Source: an uncultured Gemmatimonadales bacterium (GTDB taxonomy: Bacteria > Gemmatimonadota > Gemmatimonadetes > Gemmatimonadales > Gemmatimonadaceae). Taken from it: a stretch of DNA of 64,000 bases. The stretch lies in contig CAVPQB010000003.1 in assembly GCA_963707505.1 (NCBI GenBank), positions 384,001 to 448,000 of the forward strand. Reading direction: 5' to 3'. This document shows, piece by piece, positions 42,193-57,607 of the stretch. Both the position numbers and the translations under genes were made by a program. The notes beneath the pieces were generated by a model, which had not been told where the DNA came from, did not search any database, and worked only from the letters and a program-made list of their open reading frames with translations. Position 1 is the first letter of the stretch. Each line of letters begins with the position of its first letter.

Positions 42193-42221
42193 TTGCGAAG
42201 CGTGCCCGCCCGGGTTATATT
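42193..42221 (+). promoter_or_regulatory. Sigma70-type promoter of gyrB
   Basis: TTGCGA-17nt-TATATT. Confidence 0.6.
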
Positions 42222-42291
42222 ATAGAGTCTGCGGCACCGTTTCCTTCGGTATTTGTTCGGTAGCCGTCCCACGCCAATTTTGGTCGCGTAA

Positions 42292-44241
<1,950 letters not shown>

Positions 44242-44256
44242 CGCACCCAGATAAAA

Positions 44257-44324
44257 CGAGTCAGATAACGCAAGAGCCCAGCAGTCTTCTATTGATTGCT
44301 GGGCTCTTGCAGTTATCTGACTCG
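44257..44324. repeat. About 30-bp-stem inverted repeat after gyrB
   Basis: CGAGTCAGATAACGCAAGAGCCCAGCAGTC / GATTGCTGGGCTCTTGCAGTTATCTGACTCG. Confidence 0.85.
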
Positions 44325-44461
44325 CAATACGAGCGACGCCTCTTGAAGCAGCGAATCGCTCCCGCTCGCTCATCACCGCTTACGCTCGCCCCCACTCCCC
44401 CGCCCTATACTCGGCGCGTATCACTCATCCGATCCGCCGCTGACGCGGCAGGAGTGTCATA

Positions 44462-44998
44462 ATGCAGATAGTAATTCGCCGAATGTTGCTCGCGGCGCAG
44501 TTGATCGCCGCCGCTGTACTCGCAACGCCAGCCCGCGCGCAGTCCAGCGCGTCAGGCTCGATCGCCATCACCGCGCAGGTAGTCGCGCCACTCCAGCTCA
44601 TCGTAACACACGCACTCGATTTCGGCCGCATGCTCACAGCCACTACCAAGACCATCGCTCCGAGCGCGGCGACGGGCGGGCGGTTCGAGCTCATCGGTCA
44701 GGGCGGCTCCGCAGTCACCGTGACACTGGCGATGCCGTCGCAGCTCAATCCGCCGTCCGGAACCAATCTGCCGATCACCAACTGGACCTACTTGATCAGC
44801 GACAACCCGACCCTGGCCGGAACGCCGGTCGCATTCAACTCGGGAACCAGCGACCCGATCGCCGCGCACTTTCAGACGTTCACAGGAACGACGAAGTTGT
44901 ACTTCGGAATCGGCGCGACGGTGCAGGCCTCCGCAGCCCAACCCACCACGGCTTACACGGGCACCGGCCAGATTACGGTCGCGTACTCCGATCTGTGA
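44462..44998 (+). CDS. Secreted pilin-like protein (DUF4402/spore-coat-U-like)
   Basis: Signal peptide, LDFG motif, C-terminal YTGTGQITVAY strand. Confidence 0.7.
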   Translation: MQIVIRRMLLAAQLIAAAVLATPARAQSSASGSIAITAQVVAPLQLIVTHALDFGRMLTATTKTIAPSAATGGRFELIGQGGSAVTVTLAMPSQLNPPSGTNLPITNWTYLISDNPTLAGTPVAFNSGTSDPIAAHFQTFTGTTKLYFGIGATVQASAAQPTTAYTGTGQITVAYSDL

Positions 44999-45858
44999 GG
45001 CTGCGTCTCGTCGGTGGCCGAGCGGCCAAGACTGGAGTCGCATGGTGCGCGCTCGGCAGGCTTGCCGGTGCACAGGTTGCCGGAATAGGCGTCGATCCGC
45101 ACATGGTCGTGTTGACGCCAGCCCGTCCTGCCGGAGAGATAACGGTGCTGAACCCGCACGCAACGCGTGCGGAGTTCAGCGTCGATCTGCGGTTTGGTTA
45201 CGCGACTACGGATTCGTCAGGACAGCTACGCGTCGAGTTGAACGACGAGCCGGATAACGCGAGCGCGGCAGGATGGATCGTTCCATATCCCAGTCGATTT
45301 GCACTGAAGCCGGGCGCGACGCGCACCGTTCGGCTCCTCGCCCGACCGCCAGCAGCGCTTGCGGATGGCGAGTACTGGGCTCGTATCACCGTTCACGCGC
45401 GCGACGACGCATCGCCCATTCCGATCGATACGGCCGATACGACCTCACCGCACCTGCATATCGCAATGGAGACCGCAACGGTTCTTCCGGTATTCTTCCG
45501 CAAGGGCACTGTTTCCACCGGCGTCACAATCGGATCGGTAGACGCCGTCGCACGACGCGGTGTGATCGACGTGCGCGCAGCACTCACGCGCAATGGCAAC
45601 GGTGCATTCATTGGTGTGGCCCATCTCGTCGTGCACGACTCCGCGGGCCATCTCGTCGCGACCGCCGATCGCCAGATCGCGGTTTATCGCACCATGCGGC
45701 CACGCTGGACGATCACGATCCCGCCTGGAGCGTCACTCGACGGAAACTCGGTCGCTGTATCGCTTTCCACGGATCGCCATGACGTACCGCGCGGCCTGCT
45801 ACTGCAGGCCGGCCCCGTGGCGACCGTCATTGCCGCAAGAAGAGAGGAAGCGCCGTGA
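44995..45858 (+). CDS. Fimbrial chaperone-like (PapD-like) protein
   Basis: VDP..ITVLN, FALKPGATRTVRL, DGEYW. Confidence 0.7.
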   Translation: MRLRLVGGRAAKTGVAWCALGRLAGAQVAGIGVDPHMVVLTPARPAGEITVLNPHATRAEFSVDLRFGYATTDSSGQLRVELNDEPDNASAAGWIVPYPSRFALKPGATRTVRLLARPPAALADGEYWARITVHARDDASPIPIDTADTTSPHLHIAMETATVLPVFFRKGTVSTGVTIGSVDAVARRGVIDVRAALTRNGNGAFIGVAHLVVHDSAGHLVATADRQIAVYRTMRPRWTITIPPGASLDGNSVAVSLSTDRHDVPRGLLLQAGPVATVIAARREEAP

Positions 45859-45864
45859 CGCTGC

Positions 45865-47193
45865 TTAGCGGAGCTGCTCGACCGCATCCGACGTTATTCG
45901 ATGTGATACCAGCGGTAAGACATCGACCGGCGCATCACCGATCAACATCGCGGTATCGAGTACGCTGCGCCCTATCGCCGCGCCGGCATCGTCCGCTGCG
46001 TGAATGATTGCAATCACGTCGCCTTCTGTAACTGTAGCGTTCGGCTTGACCAATATGTCGAAGCCGACAGCCGGATCGATGACGTCGTGTATTGCACGCC
46101 GCCCGCCGCCAAGCGCGACAACACCGTGACCAATCGTACGCGGTTCCACGCGCTGCACGATCCCGTCGCGCGATGCACGATACTCGGCACGCAGTGGCGA
46201 CGACGGAAGCAGTGACACATCGTCGACGACGCGTGGGTCGCCACCCTGTGCCGCGATTATGGCTCGGAAGCGCTCTGCAGCCCTGCCACTCGTGATCGCT
46301 TCGCGCATTCGCAGGTGAGCATCCTGATGCGTGATTGCGACACCGGCGAGCAGCAGCATCTCAGCGCCCAGCGCATACGTCACTGTAGCGAGGTCCTCGG
46401 GGGGATCGCCGCGCAGAAACTCGATCGCCTCGCGCACCTCTATCGCGTTGCCGCACGCGTTTCCGAGCGGACGGTCCATTGCCGTGACGAGCGCGACTAC
46501 AGGACAGCCGCGATCGGCGCCCAGCTCGATCATCGTCTTCGCAAGCTCGATCTCGCGATCCAGCTCGGGAAGAAAGGCGCCGCTCCCACTCTTGATGTCG
46601 AGTACCAGCCCGGTCAGTCCTTCAGCGAGCTTCTTGCTCATTATGCTCGCCGAGATGAGCGGGATCGCCTCGACGGTTCCCGTCGCGTCGCGGAGTGCGT
46701 ACAACTTCCTGTCCGCCGGCGCGATCTCACCGGTTTGCCCGATCAGCGCACAGCCGATGCGATCGAGCTGCGCACGCGCGGCCGCAAGCGATAGATCGGT
46801 TCGAAATCCGGGGATCGATTCCAGCTTGTCGAGCGTACCACCAGTGTGACCGAGGCCGCGGCCCGACATCATCGGCACCGCCACACCGAGCTCGGCGATC
46901 AGGGGGGCAAGTACCAGCGACACCTTGTCGCCCACGCCGCCGGTGGAATGCTTGTCGAGACGGGGCACGGTCATGTCCGACAGATCCAGCCTGGCGCCGC
47001 TGCTGAGCATCGCATCGGTCAGCGCGTCGGTTTCGGTACGCGTCATGCCGCGAAAGAAGACCGCCATCAACAGCGCCGACATCTGATAATCCGGCACGTC
47101 GCCTGCCGAATACGTGTATATGAGCTCGCGCCATTCGGACGACGTAAGATTGTCGCCGTCGCGCTTGCGCTCGATAAGCCGTGGAACGATCAT
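45865..47193 (-). CDS. deoA: Thymidine/pyrimidine-nucleoside phosphorylase
   Basis: DKHSTGGVGDK, SGRGLGHTGGTLDKLESIPG, SIMSKK. Confidence 0.95.
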   Translation of the reverse strand: MIVPRLIERKRDGDNLTSSEWRELIYTYSAGDVPDYQMSALLMAVFFRGMTRTETDALTDAMLSSGARLDLSDMTVPRLDKHSTGGVGDKVSLVLAPLIAELGVAVPMMSGRGLGHTGGTLDKLESIPGFRTDLSLAAARAQLDRIGCALIGQTGEIAPADRKLYALRDATGTVEAIPLISASIMSKKLAEGLTGLVLDIKSGSGAFLPELDREIELAKTMIELGADRGCPVVALVTAMDRPLGNACGNAIEVREAIEFLRGDPPEDLATVTYALGAEMLLLAGVAITHQDAHLRMREAITSGRAAERFRAIIAAQGGDPRVVDDVSLLPSSPLRAEYRASRDGIVQRVEPRTIGHGVVALGGGRRAIHDVIDPAVGFDILVKPNATVTEGDVIAIIHAADDAGAAIGRSVLDTAMLIGDAPVDVLPLVSHRITSDAVEQLR

Positions 47194-47236
47194 CGGGGTA
47201 TTCTAAGCAACGTTTACGCTCTTGGAGATGCCAATC

Positions 47237-48007
47237 ATGGTTCGTAAGCTCGCGGCGACCGGATTCATCGCGCTGTCCCTGGCCATCCCGGGACTTTCGG
47301 CCGGTGCCCAGTCTGCGGTTGCGTGGGTATCGCGCGGCGATACGGCATACGATGCCCGCAACGCGACTGCGGCACTGGAGGCATATCAAAAAGCGCTCGC
47401 GATCGACCCTAACAACTACGACGCGTCGTGGCGTGCGGCGCGCTCGCAGGTCGACCTCGCGCTGACCGAATCAGACGCGGACAAGCGGAGCGCGATGTAC
47501 AAGGCAGCACAGGACGAGGCCGCGCATGCCGTTCAGGTCAACCCCTCCGGCGCAGACGGTCACTTCGTATCCGCCGAAGCGCTTGGACGCATGGCGCTCA
47601 CACTTGGCGCTCGCGATCGTGTGAAATACGCAGGTAAGGTTCGCGACCAGGCAATGGAATGCCTCAGGATCGAGCCGAAGCACGCCGGATGCCTGCACGT
47701 GATGGGAGTCTGGAACGCCGAAGTCATGCGCCTCAATGGCTTCACACGCATGATCGCGCGCAACTTCCTCGGCGGTCAGGTCTTCAGCCAGGCAAGCTGG
47801 GCCAACGCGCGGAGCTATCTGGAGCAGGCAGTGACCAACGATCCACGCCGGATCGTGCATCGCCTTGATCTCGCGAAGGTATACGTCGACATGGGTCTCC
47901 CGTCACTTGCGAAAACGGAATATCAGGCCGTCGTTTCGGGCGAGCTTGTGGATTACAACGATCCCAGGTACAAGGCCGAAGCGGCAGAGGCGTTGAAGAA
48001 GCTCTAG
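47237..48007 (+). CDS. Exported TPR protein
   Basis: Signal peptide followed by TPR helices. Confidence 0.75.
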   Translation: MVRKLAATGFIALSLAIPGLSAGAQSAVAWVSRGDTAYDARNATAALEAYQKALAIDPNNYDASWRAARSQVDLALTESDADKRSAMYKAAQDEAAHAVQVNPSGADGHFVSAEALGRMALTLGARDRVKYAGKVRDQAMECLRIEPKHAGCLHVMGVWNAEVMRLNGFTRMIARNFLGGQVFSQASWANARSYLEQAVTNDPRRIVHRLDLAKVYVDMGLPSLAKTEYQAVVSGELVDYNDPRYKAEAAEALKKL

Positions 48008-48010
48008 TGC

Positions 48011-48071
48011 GAAAGTGGCGTCAGAGTGATCTTTCACGCTTGCCGTGAAAGATCACTCTGACGCCACTTTC
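48011..48071. repeat. Perfect 28-bp inverted repeat between convergent genes
   Basis: GAAAGTGGCGTCAGAGTGATCTTTCACG-CTTGC-reverse complement. Confidence 0.9.
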
Positions 48072-48411
48072 CTTCTACGTTGCGTTTCCGCGCTGCCTTG
48101 TTCAACTCCGTGCCAAGTTGCTCCCATGGACTGCGGCGCCACGGCCGACGACGCCTGAGCTCCCGACTCAGGGCTAGCCGCGTGTGGGCCCCGGACTGCG
48201 GCGCCACCAGAAGCGCAATGCCGGCGCCCAGTACCACACCGGCGGCGATCCCGGCACCGACCAGGGCGACCGAGCGCCAATCCGCCTCGCGCCTGAATGG
48301 CCGGCCGCGTGGGATAGTGGCGGGGCGCGTTTTGCGCCTGAGTTTTGGTCTCCAGAAGCGCCGCAAGCGCACGCCAGATGTTTCTTCGGGGGAATCGTGG
48401 ATAGTATCCAT
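48034..48411 (-). CDS. YtxH-like membrane protein
   Basis: GIAAGVVLGAGIALLVAPQSG..TR. Confidence 0.7.
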   Translation of the reverse strand: MDTIHDSPEETSGVRLRRFWRPKLRRKTRPATIPRGRPFRREADWRSVALVGAGIAAGVVLGAGIALLVAPQSGAHTRLALSRELRRRRPWRRSPWEQLGTELNKAARKRNVEGKWRQSDLSRQA

Positions 48412-48481
48412 TAGTCTTGTGAGAACTGAAGCTGGTAAGAATCTTGCTTGAGACGGCGTGCAATACCCGTGCGAGGAGTGG

Positions 48482-48860
48482 ATGAGCGAATCTGGAAAGT
48501 TAGTGTTACTCGTAGAAGACAACGAAGACAACCGGATCGTCTACTCGACGATTCTCAAGCATTTCGGCTATAGTGTCATCGAGGCGTTGAACGGAGAGGA
48601 GGGCATCGCAAAGGCGCGAGCCCAGCAACCCGATCTCGTCCTGATGGACATTTCTATACCCGTAATCGACGGTTGGGAGGCCACGCAGGTGTTGAAGCAC
48701 GACCCCGCGACCAGGCACATCCCGATCATCGCGCTCACAGCCCACGCCCTGGCGTCTGACCGCGAGAAGGCAATGGAAGTTGGCTGCGATGGCTACCTTG
48801 CCAAGCCCTGTGAGCCTCGCGCAGTTGTCGCCGAAGTTCAGCGATTCCTTGGTCGGCCTG

Positions 48861-48871
<11 letters not shown>
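48482..48871 (+). CDS. Single-domain response regulator, DivK-like
   Basis: LVEDN, LMDISIPVIDGWEAT, ALTAHA, KP. Confidence 0.9.
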
Positions 48872-52407
<3,536 letters not shown>

Positions 52408-52448
52408 CGGACCAGGCGGAAGACGGAAGTTGGTCATCCTCCCCATCC

Positions 52449-52973
52449 CTACCCGTTCAACAACTCCCGATAAACCGGATTCGGAACGAGCGTTCCATCC
52501 ACGATTACCTCGCGATCCCACGGTAGCACCACCGCACTCTCCGTCGCCAACGCGTGGTAGTCCGGCTCATAACTCCCCGTCCGAAAGCAAACAGCCGTTC
52601 TCACTTCGACCGCACCCGCGTGATGCAACGCTGCTATCGCCAACCGCAGCGTATCCCCGCCGTCACACGTCTCATCCACCAGTAGTACTCGGCGATTGAG
52701 CGCCTGTGGCGGCGCCTCGCCAAAAACAGCTGGCGTCTCCCGGATGACCTCCGAGTGGTATTTCCGGCTCACCAGAATCGAGTGAAAGTCGCGCCCCAGC
52801 ATCGCCGCGACGACCGCGCCCGGCACCACACCGGCCGTAGCGACGCCCACAACGATATCCGGCTGATATGCACGCGCGACCTTGAGCGCGAGACCGCGGG
52901 AAAGCTCGCCGAAGAGGGGCCACTCGACCACGAGGACCCCGCGCGCCGGATCGATGGATGTGCGTCGAGGCAT
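52449..52973 (-). CDS. Type I phosphoribosyltransferase-domain protein
   Basis: VLLVDETCDGGDTL, VVLPW. Confidence 0.82.
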   Translation of the reverse strand: MPRRTSIDPARGVLVVEWPLFGELSRGLALKVARAYQPDIVVGVATAGVVPGAVVAAMLGRDFHSILVSRKYHSEVIRETPAVFGEAPPQALNRRVLLVDETCDGGDTLRLAIAALHHAGAVEVRTAVCFRTGSYEPDYHALATESAVVLPWDREVIVDGTLVPNPVYRELLNG

Positions 52974-53018
52974 GCTAGCAAGCTAGCCCGAACCGTGCGT
53001 CCTCGATAGCTTCCCCTA

Positions 53019-53540
53019 ATGTCGTTCTGGAGCCGGCTAACCGGGAAAACTGTAGCACAGAAGCCACAAAAGCTGGACTACTTGAGCGAGGCTCTCGCGC
53101 TCGAGCGGCAGGGCGATTACGATGCTGCGCTAACGTCGTATCGTCTCGCGATGCGCGATCAACCGAGCAATTTCAAGGTGCTCCAGAACATGGCGATCGC
53201 ATACACCAAGGTCGGCCAGCCCGAGCAGGCTATCCGCTGTTACCGCGGTGCGCTTCACATCGAGCCGAGGTTGGCCGGCGCGCACTATGGACTCGCCTTT
53301 CTGTTGCTCAAGCGCGGTGACATCGCAGACGCTGCATACCATCTCGATGCGTTCCTGCTCGACGCACCCAAAAGTCCGGAAGCCACCCGCTGGGTCACGC
53401 ATGCAAGAGAGACGTTGGATGCGCTGCGGACCAGCGACGGTGACGTCCAGGACGTAACGGACGTAACGACGGAGTCCGTCGACGGCGATCTGGTGATGGA
53501 TCAACCGCCAATGGACCAGCCGCCAGAGGACGCGCAGTAG
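53019..53540 (+). CDS. TPR protein
   Basis: Three TPR motifs and an acidic tail. Confidence 0.85.
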   Translation: MSFWSRLTGKTVAQKPQKLDYLSEALALERQGDYDAALTSYRLAMRDQPSNFKVLQNMAIAYTKVGQPEQAIRCYRGALHIEPRLAGAHYGLAFLLLKRGDIADAAYHLDAFLLDAPKSPEATRWVTHARETLDALRTSDGDVQDVTDVTTESVDGDLVMDQPPMDQPPEDAQ

Positions 53541-54311
53541 GTGGGTTCAGTTCTCGCCGTCGTCAGCCAGAAGGGCGGCGTCGGCAAGACGACCACCGCG
53601 GTGAATCTCGCCGCCGCATTCGCGCGGCGCGGACTCAAGACGCTCATCATCGATGTCGACCCGCAAGGTGCCGTTCGTTACGGCGTGGGTCTGCGCAAGG
53701 ACCACTCCGTTTATGGCTTCGCCGACTATCTGAGCGGCGAGTGCGCCCTGCGCGACGTGATTCTCCCGACAATGCTGCCGTGGCTGCGTGTGATTCTTGC
53801 GGGCACGGTCACTGACGAAGCCGACCACCTCGCATATCAGAGCCTGGTCGCCGACTCGGAGCTGCTCCCCGAGTTGTTGGAAACGGCGCGCCAGCGCTGT
53901 CACGTAGTAGTCGTCGACACACCGCCGGGGCTCGGTCCCATCACACACAAGGTTCTGCTCGGAAGCCAGCACGTTGTGGTGCCGCTACAGTGCGAGCCGC
54001 TCGCGTTGCAGACCACACCGCAGATTCTTCGCGGGATTCAGAGCGTCGTCGAGCTCAACGAGCAGCTGATACTGGACGGGCTCATTCTCACGATGTACGA
54101 GCCGAACAATCCTGCCAGCGAGCGCGTCGTCGAGTACGTGCGGCAACACCTGCCCGCGAATATCGTGTTCCGCCAGCTCGTGCCGCGCACCGTCGCAGCG
54201 GCGGATGCGTTCGCTGCTGGTCAACCTGTCGTTACGCGCAGTCCTGCGGACGCCGCGGCGCAGGCGTATATCAACATCGCGACTTCGCTCGTCGAGCGAA
54301 TGGATGGCTGA
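53541..54311 (+). CDS. ParA/Soj family ATPase
   Basis: KGGVGKTT, DVDPQG, DTPP. Confidence 0.92.
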   Translation: MGSVLAVVSQKGGVGKTTTAVNLAAAFARRGLKTLIIDVDPQGAVRYGVGLRKDHSVYGFADYLSGECALRDVILPTMLPWLRVILAGTVTDEADHLAYQSLVADSELLPELLETARQRCHVVVVDTPPGLGPITHKVLLGSQHVVVPLQCEPLALQTTPQILRGIQSVVELNEQLILDGLILTMYEPNNPASERVVEYVRQHLPANIVFRQLVPRTVAAADAFAAGQPVVTRSPADAAAQAYINIATSLVERMDG

Positions 54312-55110
54312 GCTGGTCCGCAAGGTGATGGCGCGCAACCGTGGTATTCCCGCGTTGATCGCGCTGCTGGTCGCCGCGAGCGTGGCGGGCGCTGGTGCGT
54401 GCGCGGAGATCAATACGGATCCGAATTTCGCGGCTGCGATCGCTATCGACACACTGCCATTCCCTTCGATCGTGGCGAACGACTCTCTGCGCGATTCGCT
54501 TGGGGTCGCTCGTCCGCTGCACGGCTCCGTGTTCAACATCGAGGGCGCCGCTCTCTCATCGATTGCGGTGAGCTTTCGCACACCCGACGCCGGCGCAAGG
54601 GTTGACAGTGTAACTGGATACGTCGTGGCAGACACGGCGCGGAGTACTCCTGTAAGAGTCATCGCTGTCTCTGGCACGTTGCAGTCCGCGCCGGACACCG
54701 TGTATATCGTTCCGCTGCCAGACACCGTGAGCACAACCAGTACGGCCGATTCGCTGCTGTACTCGCTCACAGATACGACGGCGAATATCTCGAATCCGTT
54801 GACGCTGCAAGTGGGCCATCGCGTTCCGGTCTCGACACCACTTCCGGTGCGCTCCTATCTCGTGAGCTACCGAATCGCCTATCCCAGCGATACGCTTCTG
54901 GCGCAGCTGGTGACGCGTGATGGTGCACGGAAATCGACTGTCGACACGACCGACGCGACCGGCACTTCGCAGCGCCGAATCCGGCTCCGGCCACTGAGTC
55001 TCACGAGTGTCAACGATTCCGTCGTGGTGATCGCGACAGTACGTTACCGTGGTATGCCCGTCGCTGGCGCACCCGTTCGATTTGTACTTCAGGTAAAGCC
55101 GCACCCGTAA
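54304..55110 (+). CDS. Putative lipoprotein with Ig-like beta strands
   Basis: Hydrophobic signal ending AGAC; Thr/Ser/Val-rich. Confidence 0.7.
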   Translation: MAELVRKVMARNRGIPALIALLVAASVAGAGACAEINTDPNFAAAIAIDTLPFPSIVANDSLRDSLGVARPLHGSVFNIEGAALSSIAVSFRTPDAGARVDSVTGYVVADTARSTPVRVIAVSGTLQSAPDTVYIVPLPDTVSTTSTADSLLYSLTDTTANISNPLTLQVGHRVPVSTPLPVRSYLVSYRIAYPSDTLLAQLVTRDGARKSTVDTTDATGTSQRRIRLRPLSLTSVNDSVVVIATVRYRGMPVAGAPVRFVLQVKPHP

Positions 55111-55124
55111 AACTGGAGCTGTAG

Positions 55125-56978
55125 ATGCTCGTGGTGAACGGTGGACCACGCCCGGAGCCCGGTACCCTGAACCAACTGTTCTTTCAGGCGATCGAGCGGT
55201 ACGACAAGCCGGATGCGTTACAGGTGAAGATCGGAGGGCGCTACGAGCCCATTTCACATCGCGCGATGCTGGAGCGTGTGCGCCACGTCGCGTACGCGCT
55301 GGAATGGGTGGGAGTGAAGCCCGGCGATCGTGTCGCGATACTTTCGGAAAACCGCCCCGAGTGGGCGATTGCCGATTTCGCGTGCCTCACTACAGGCGTG
55401 ACCGACGTTGCGATCTATCCCACGCTACCGGATTCGCAGATCGCGTACATCCTGAAGGACTCGGGCGCCACCGCAATTTTCGTTTCGACCGCGGAACAGG
55501 CGCAGAAGCTTGCGACGATACGGCATCAGCTCCCAACGCTCAGGTGCGTCATAAGCTTCGATTCCGTGGAGTCGGGTCTGGCGGATTTCAGCATGGCGGA
55601 GTTCGAGCGACGCGGCGCGGAAGACGAGCCACCCGACGCTGCGGTGCGTCACCGCGAGCGCGCCTTGCAGGTACGGCCCGAAGACATTGCGACATTCCTG
55701 TACACGTCGGGCACCACCGGCGAGCCGAAGGGCGTCATGCTCACGCACGACAACATCTATTCCAACGTCACTGCATCGCGTGAGATGATCCCGTTCGCCG
55801 GTAATGACGTTGCACTCAGCTTCCTTCCGCTGTCGCACATTCTGGAGCGGATGGCGGGACACTATCTGATGTTCGCGACGGGAACTTCCATCGCATACGC
55901 GGAGTCCACGACGACAGTGCCCGACAACATGCTCGAAGTGCGCCCGACGCTCATGATATCTGTTCCGCGTCTGTACGAAAAGATGTACGGACGCGTTGTC
56001 GAAACCGGAATGACTGGCGGCGCGCTCAAGAAACGGATCTTCGTCTGGGCCCGCGCTACCGGCGAAAAGTGGGCGGACGTGAAGCTTGCCGGTGCAATAC
56101 CGCACGGTGTTCTCGCGATGCAATACTCGCTCGCGCAGAGGCTCGTCTTCTCCAAGCTCAAGACGCGCACGGGTGGACGGCTCAGATACATCGTATCCGG
56201 CGGTGCGCCGCTGTCTGCAGAGATCAACAAGTTCTTCTACGCTGCGGGTCTGACCATTCTCGAAGGCTACGGCCTCACGGAAACCTCTCCCGTGATCGCC
56301 GTGAACACGCCAAGTGCGTTCAGAATTGGAACCGTCGGCATGGCAATTCCAGGTGTGTCAATCTCCGTTGCGGAAGACGGCGAGATTCTGGTGCAGGGTC
56401 CCAACGTCATGACGGGCTACTACAACAAGCCGGCGATGACGAAGGAAGCGATCGATTCCGGCGGATGGTTTCATACCGGCGACATCGGCGTGCTGAAGGA
56501 CGGCTTTCTCACCATCACGGATCGCAAGAAGGATCTGCTCGTCACGGCCGGCGGAAAAAACATCGCGCCGCAGCCGATCGAAGCGCTGATGAAACGGAGC
56601 AAATTCGTCGCGGAAGCGGTGCTCATCGGCGACCGGCGCAAATTCCCGATGGCGCTGGTGGTTCCGGACTTCGACCAGTTGGAAAGGTGGGCGCGCTACA
56701 AGGGACTGACCTTCTCGGACCATGAAGGCCTGATCGCGCTTCCGGAAGCGCGCGCCAAGATGGAACGAGAGACGCTCTCGAGCCTCGGCGATCTCGCGCG
56801 CTTCGAGACACCCAAGAAGGTCACGCTGCTCCCGCAAGATTTCTCCGTGGACCGCGGCGAGCTTACACCGACGCTCAAGGTCAAGCGGCGCGTGATCGAC
56901 GATCACTACAGGCATCTGATCGACGCTGTCTATGCCGACGCCGATGCGGCTGGATCAGCGCCGGTGGAGAGCCACTAG
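55125..56978 (+). CDS. Long-chain fatty acid-CoA ligase
   Basis: YTSGTTGEPKG, GYGLTE, TGDIG, TPTLK. Confidence 0.93.
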   Translation: MLVVNGGPRPEPGTLNQLFFQAIERYDKPDALQVKIGGRYEPISHRAMLERVRHVAYALEWVGVKPGDRVAILSENRPEWAIADFACLTTGVTDVAIYPTLPDSQIAYILKDSGATAIFVSTAEQAQKLATIRHQLPTLRCVISFDSVESGLADFSMAEFERRGAEDEPPDAAVRHRERALQVRPEDIATFLYTSGTTGEPKGVMLTHDNIYSNVTASREMIPFAGNDVALSFLPLSHILERMAGHYLMFATGTSIAYAESTTTVPDNMLEVRPTLMISVPRLYEKMYGRVVETGMTGGALKKRIFVWARATGEKWADVKLAGAIPHGVLAMQYSLAQRLVFSKLKTRTGGRLRYIVSGGAPLSAEINKFFYAAGLTILEGYGLTETSPVIAVNTPSAFRIGTVGMAIPGVSISVAEDGEILVQGPNVMTGYYNKPAMTKEAIDSGGWFHTGDIGVLKDGFLTITDRKKDLLVTAGGKNIAPQPIEALMKRSKFVAEAVLIGDRRKFPMALVVPDFDQLERWARYKGLTFSDHEGLIALPEARAKMERETLSSLGDLARFETPKKVTLLPQDFSVDRGELTPTLKVKRRVIDDHYRHLIDAVYADADAAGSAPVESH

Positions 56979-57575
56979 CGGCCCGCGCTTCTCGCCGATC
57001 CACCAGCGATCGTCGCGCGCGATCTCTTCCATCGCCGCTGGCACCGCCAACGTTGCAGGCCCAACCATGCGCCCGCCTGGCGAGAGAGCGCGCGCGGCAA
57101 GTCTCAACTCGTCGCTGGACCAGCCTGAGTCATCGATCGCAACACCACGGAGCGAGCCGTCGGTAACTGGCAGGCGGTTATGGGAGTACAGCACTCCAAC
57201 GCGTTCCGATTCCCCGATGCGTTCTTGCGGGTTGACGGCATAGGCCCGTAAACCAACCAGTTCCGCAAGCTCGATCGCGTATCGCGCCCAGTCACCCACG
57301 AGCGCAACGGTTGCCCCATCGGCAACTGCGAGGAACGCACCGATTCGCATCGCGCCTTCCTCATCGCGTGGTAATAACGCCGGCCTGTCGGTGTTACCAC
57401 CCTGGTCGCGGAACCACGCTACACCGCCGTTGATCTCATATTCCCGGCGACAGGTCGGGCAGCCGAGCACCCCCTGCACGACGAAGCGCTCGTCACGCTG
57501 AAGTATCGCCGCAACCAGCGGGATCTGCGGATGATCAGCGACGCAGCGCAACCCATCCAGTAGCTCGATGAACAT
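56955..57575 (-). CDS. Trm112-like domain plus degenerate methyltransferase-like domain
   Basis: LLDGLRC...LGCPTCRREYEINGGV; LPVTDGSL; RALSPGGRMV. Confidence 0.6.
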   Translation of the reverse strand: MFIELLDGLRCVADHPQIPLVAAILQRDERFVVQGVLGCPTCRREYEINGGVAWFRDQGGNTDRPALLPRDEEGAMRIGAFLAVADGATVALVGDWARYAIELAELVGLRAYAVNPQERIGESERVGVLYSHNRLPVTDGSLRGVAIDDSGWSSDELRLAARALSPGGRMVGPATLAVPAAMEEIARDDRWWIGEKRGPLVALHRR

Positions 57576-57607
57576 CCAGCAACCAGCTCGAGCGCGTTAC
57601 GAGTGCA

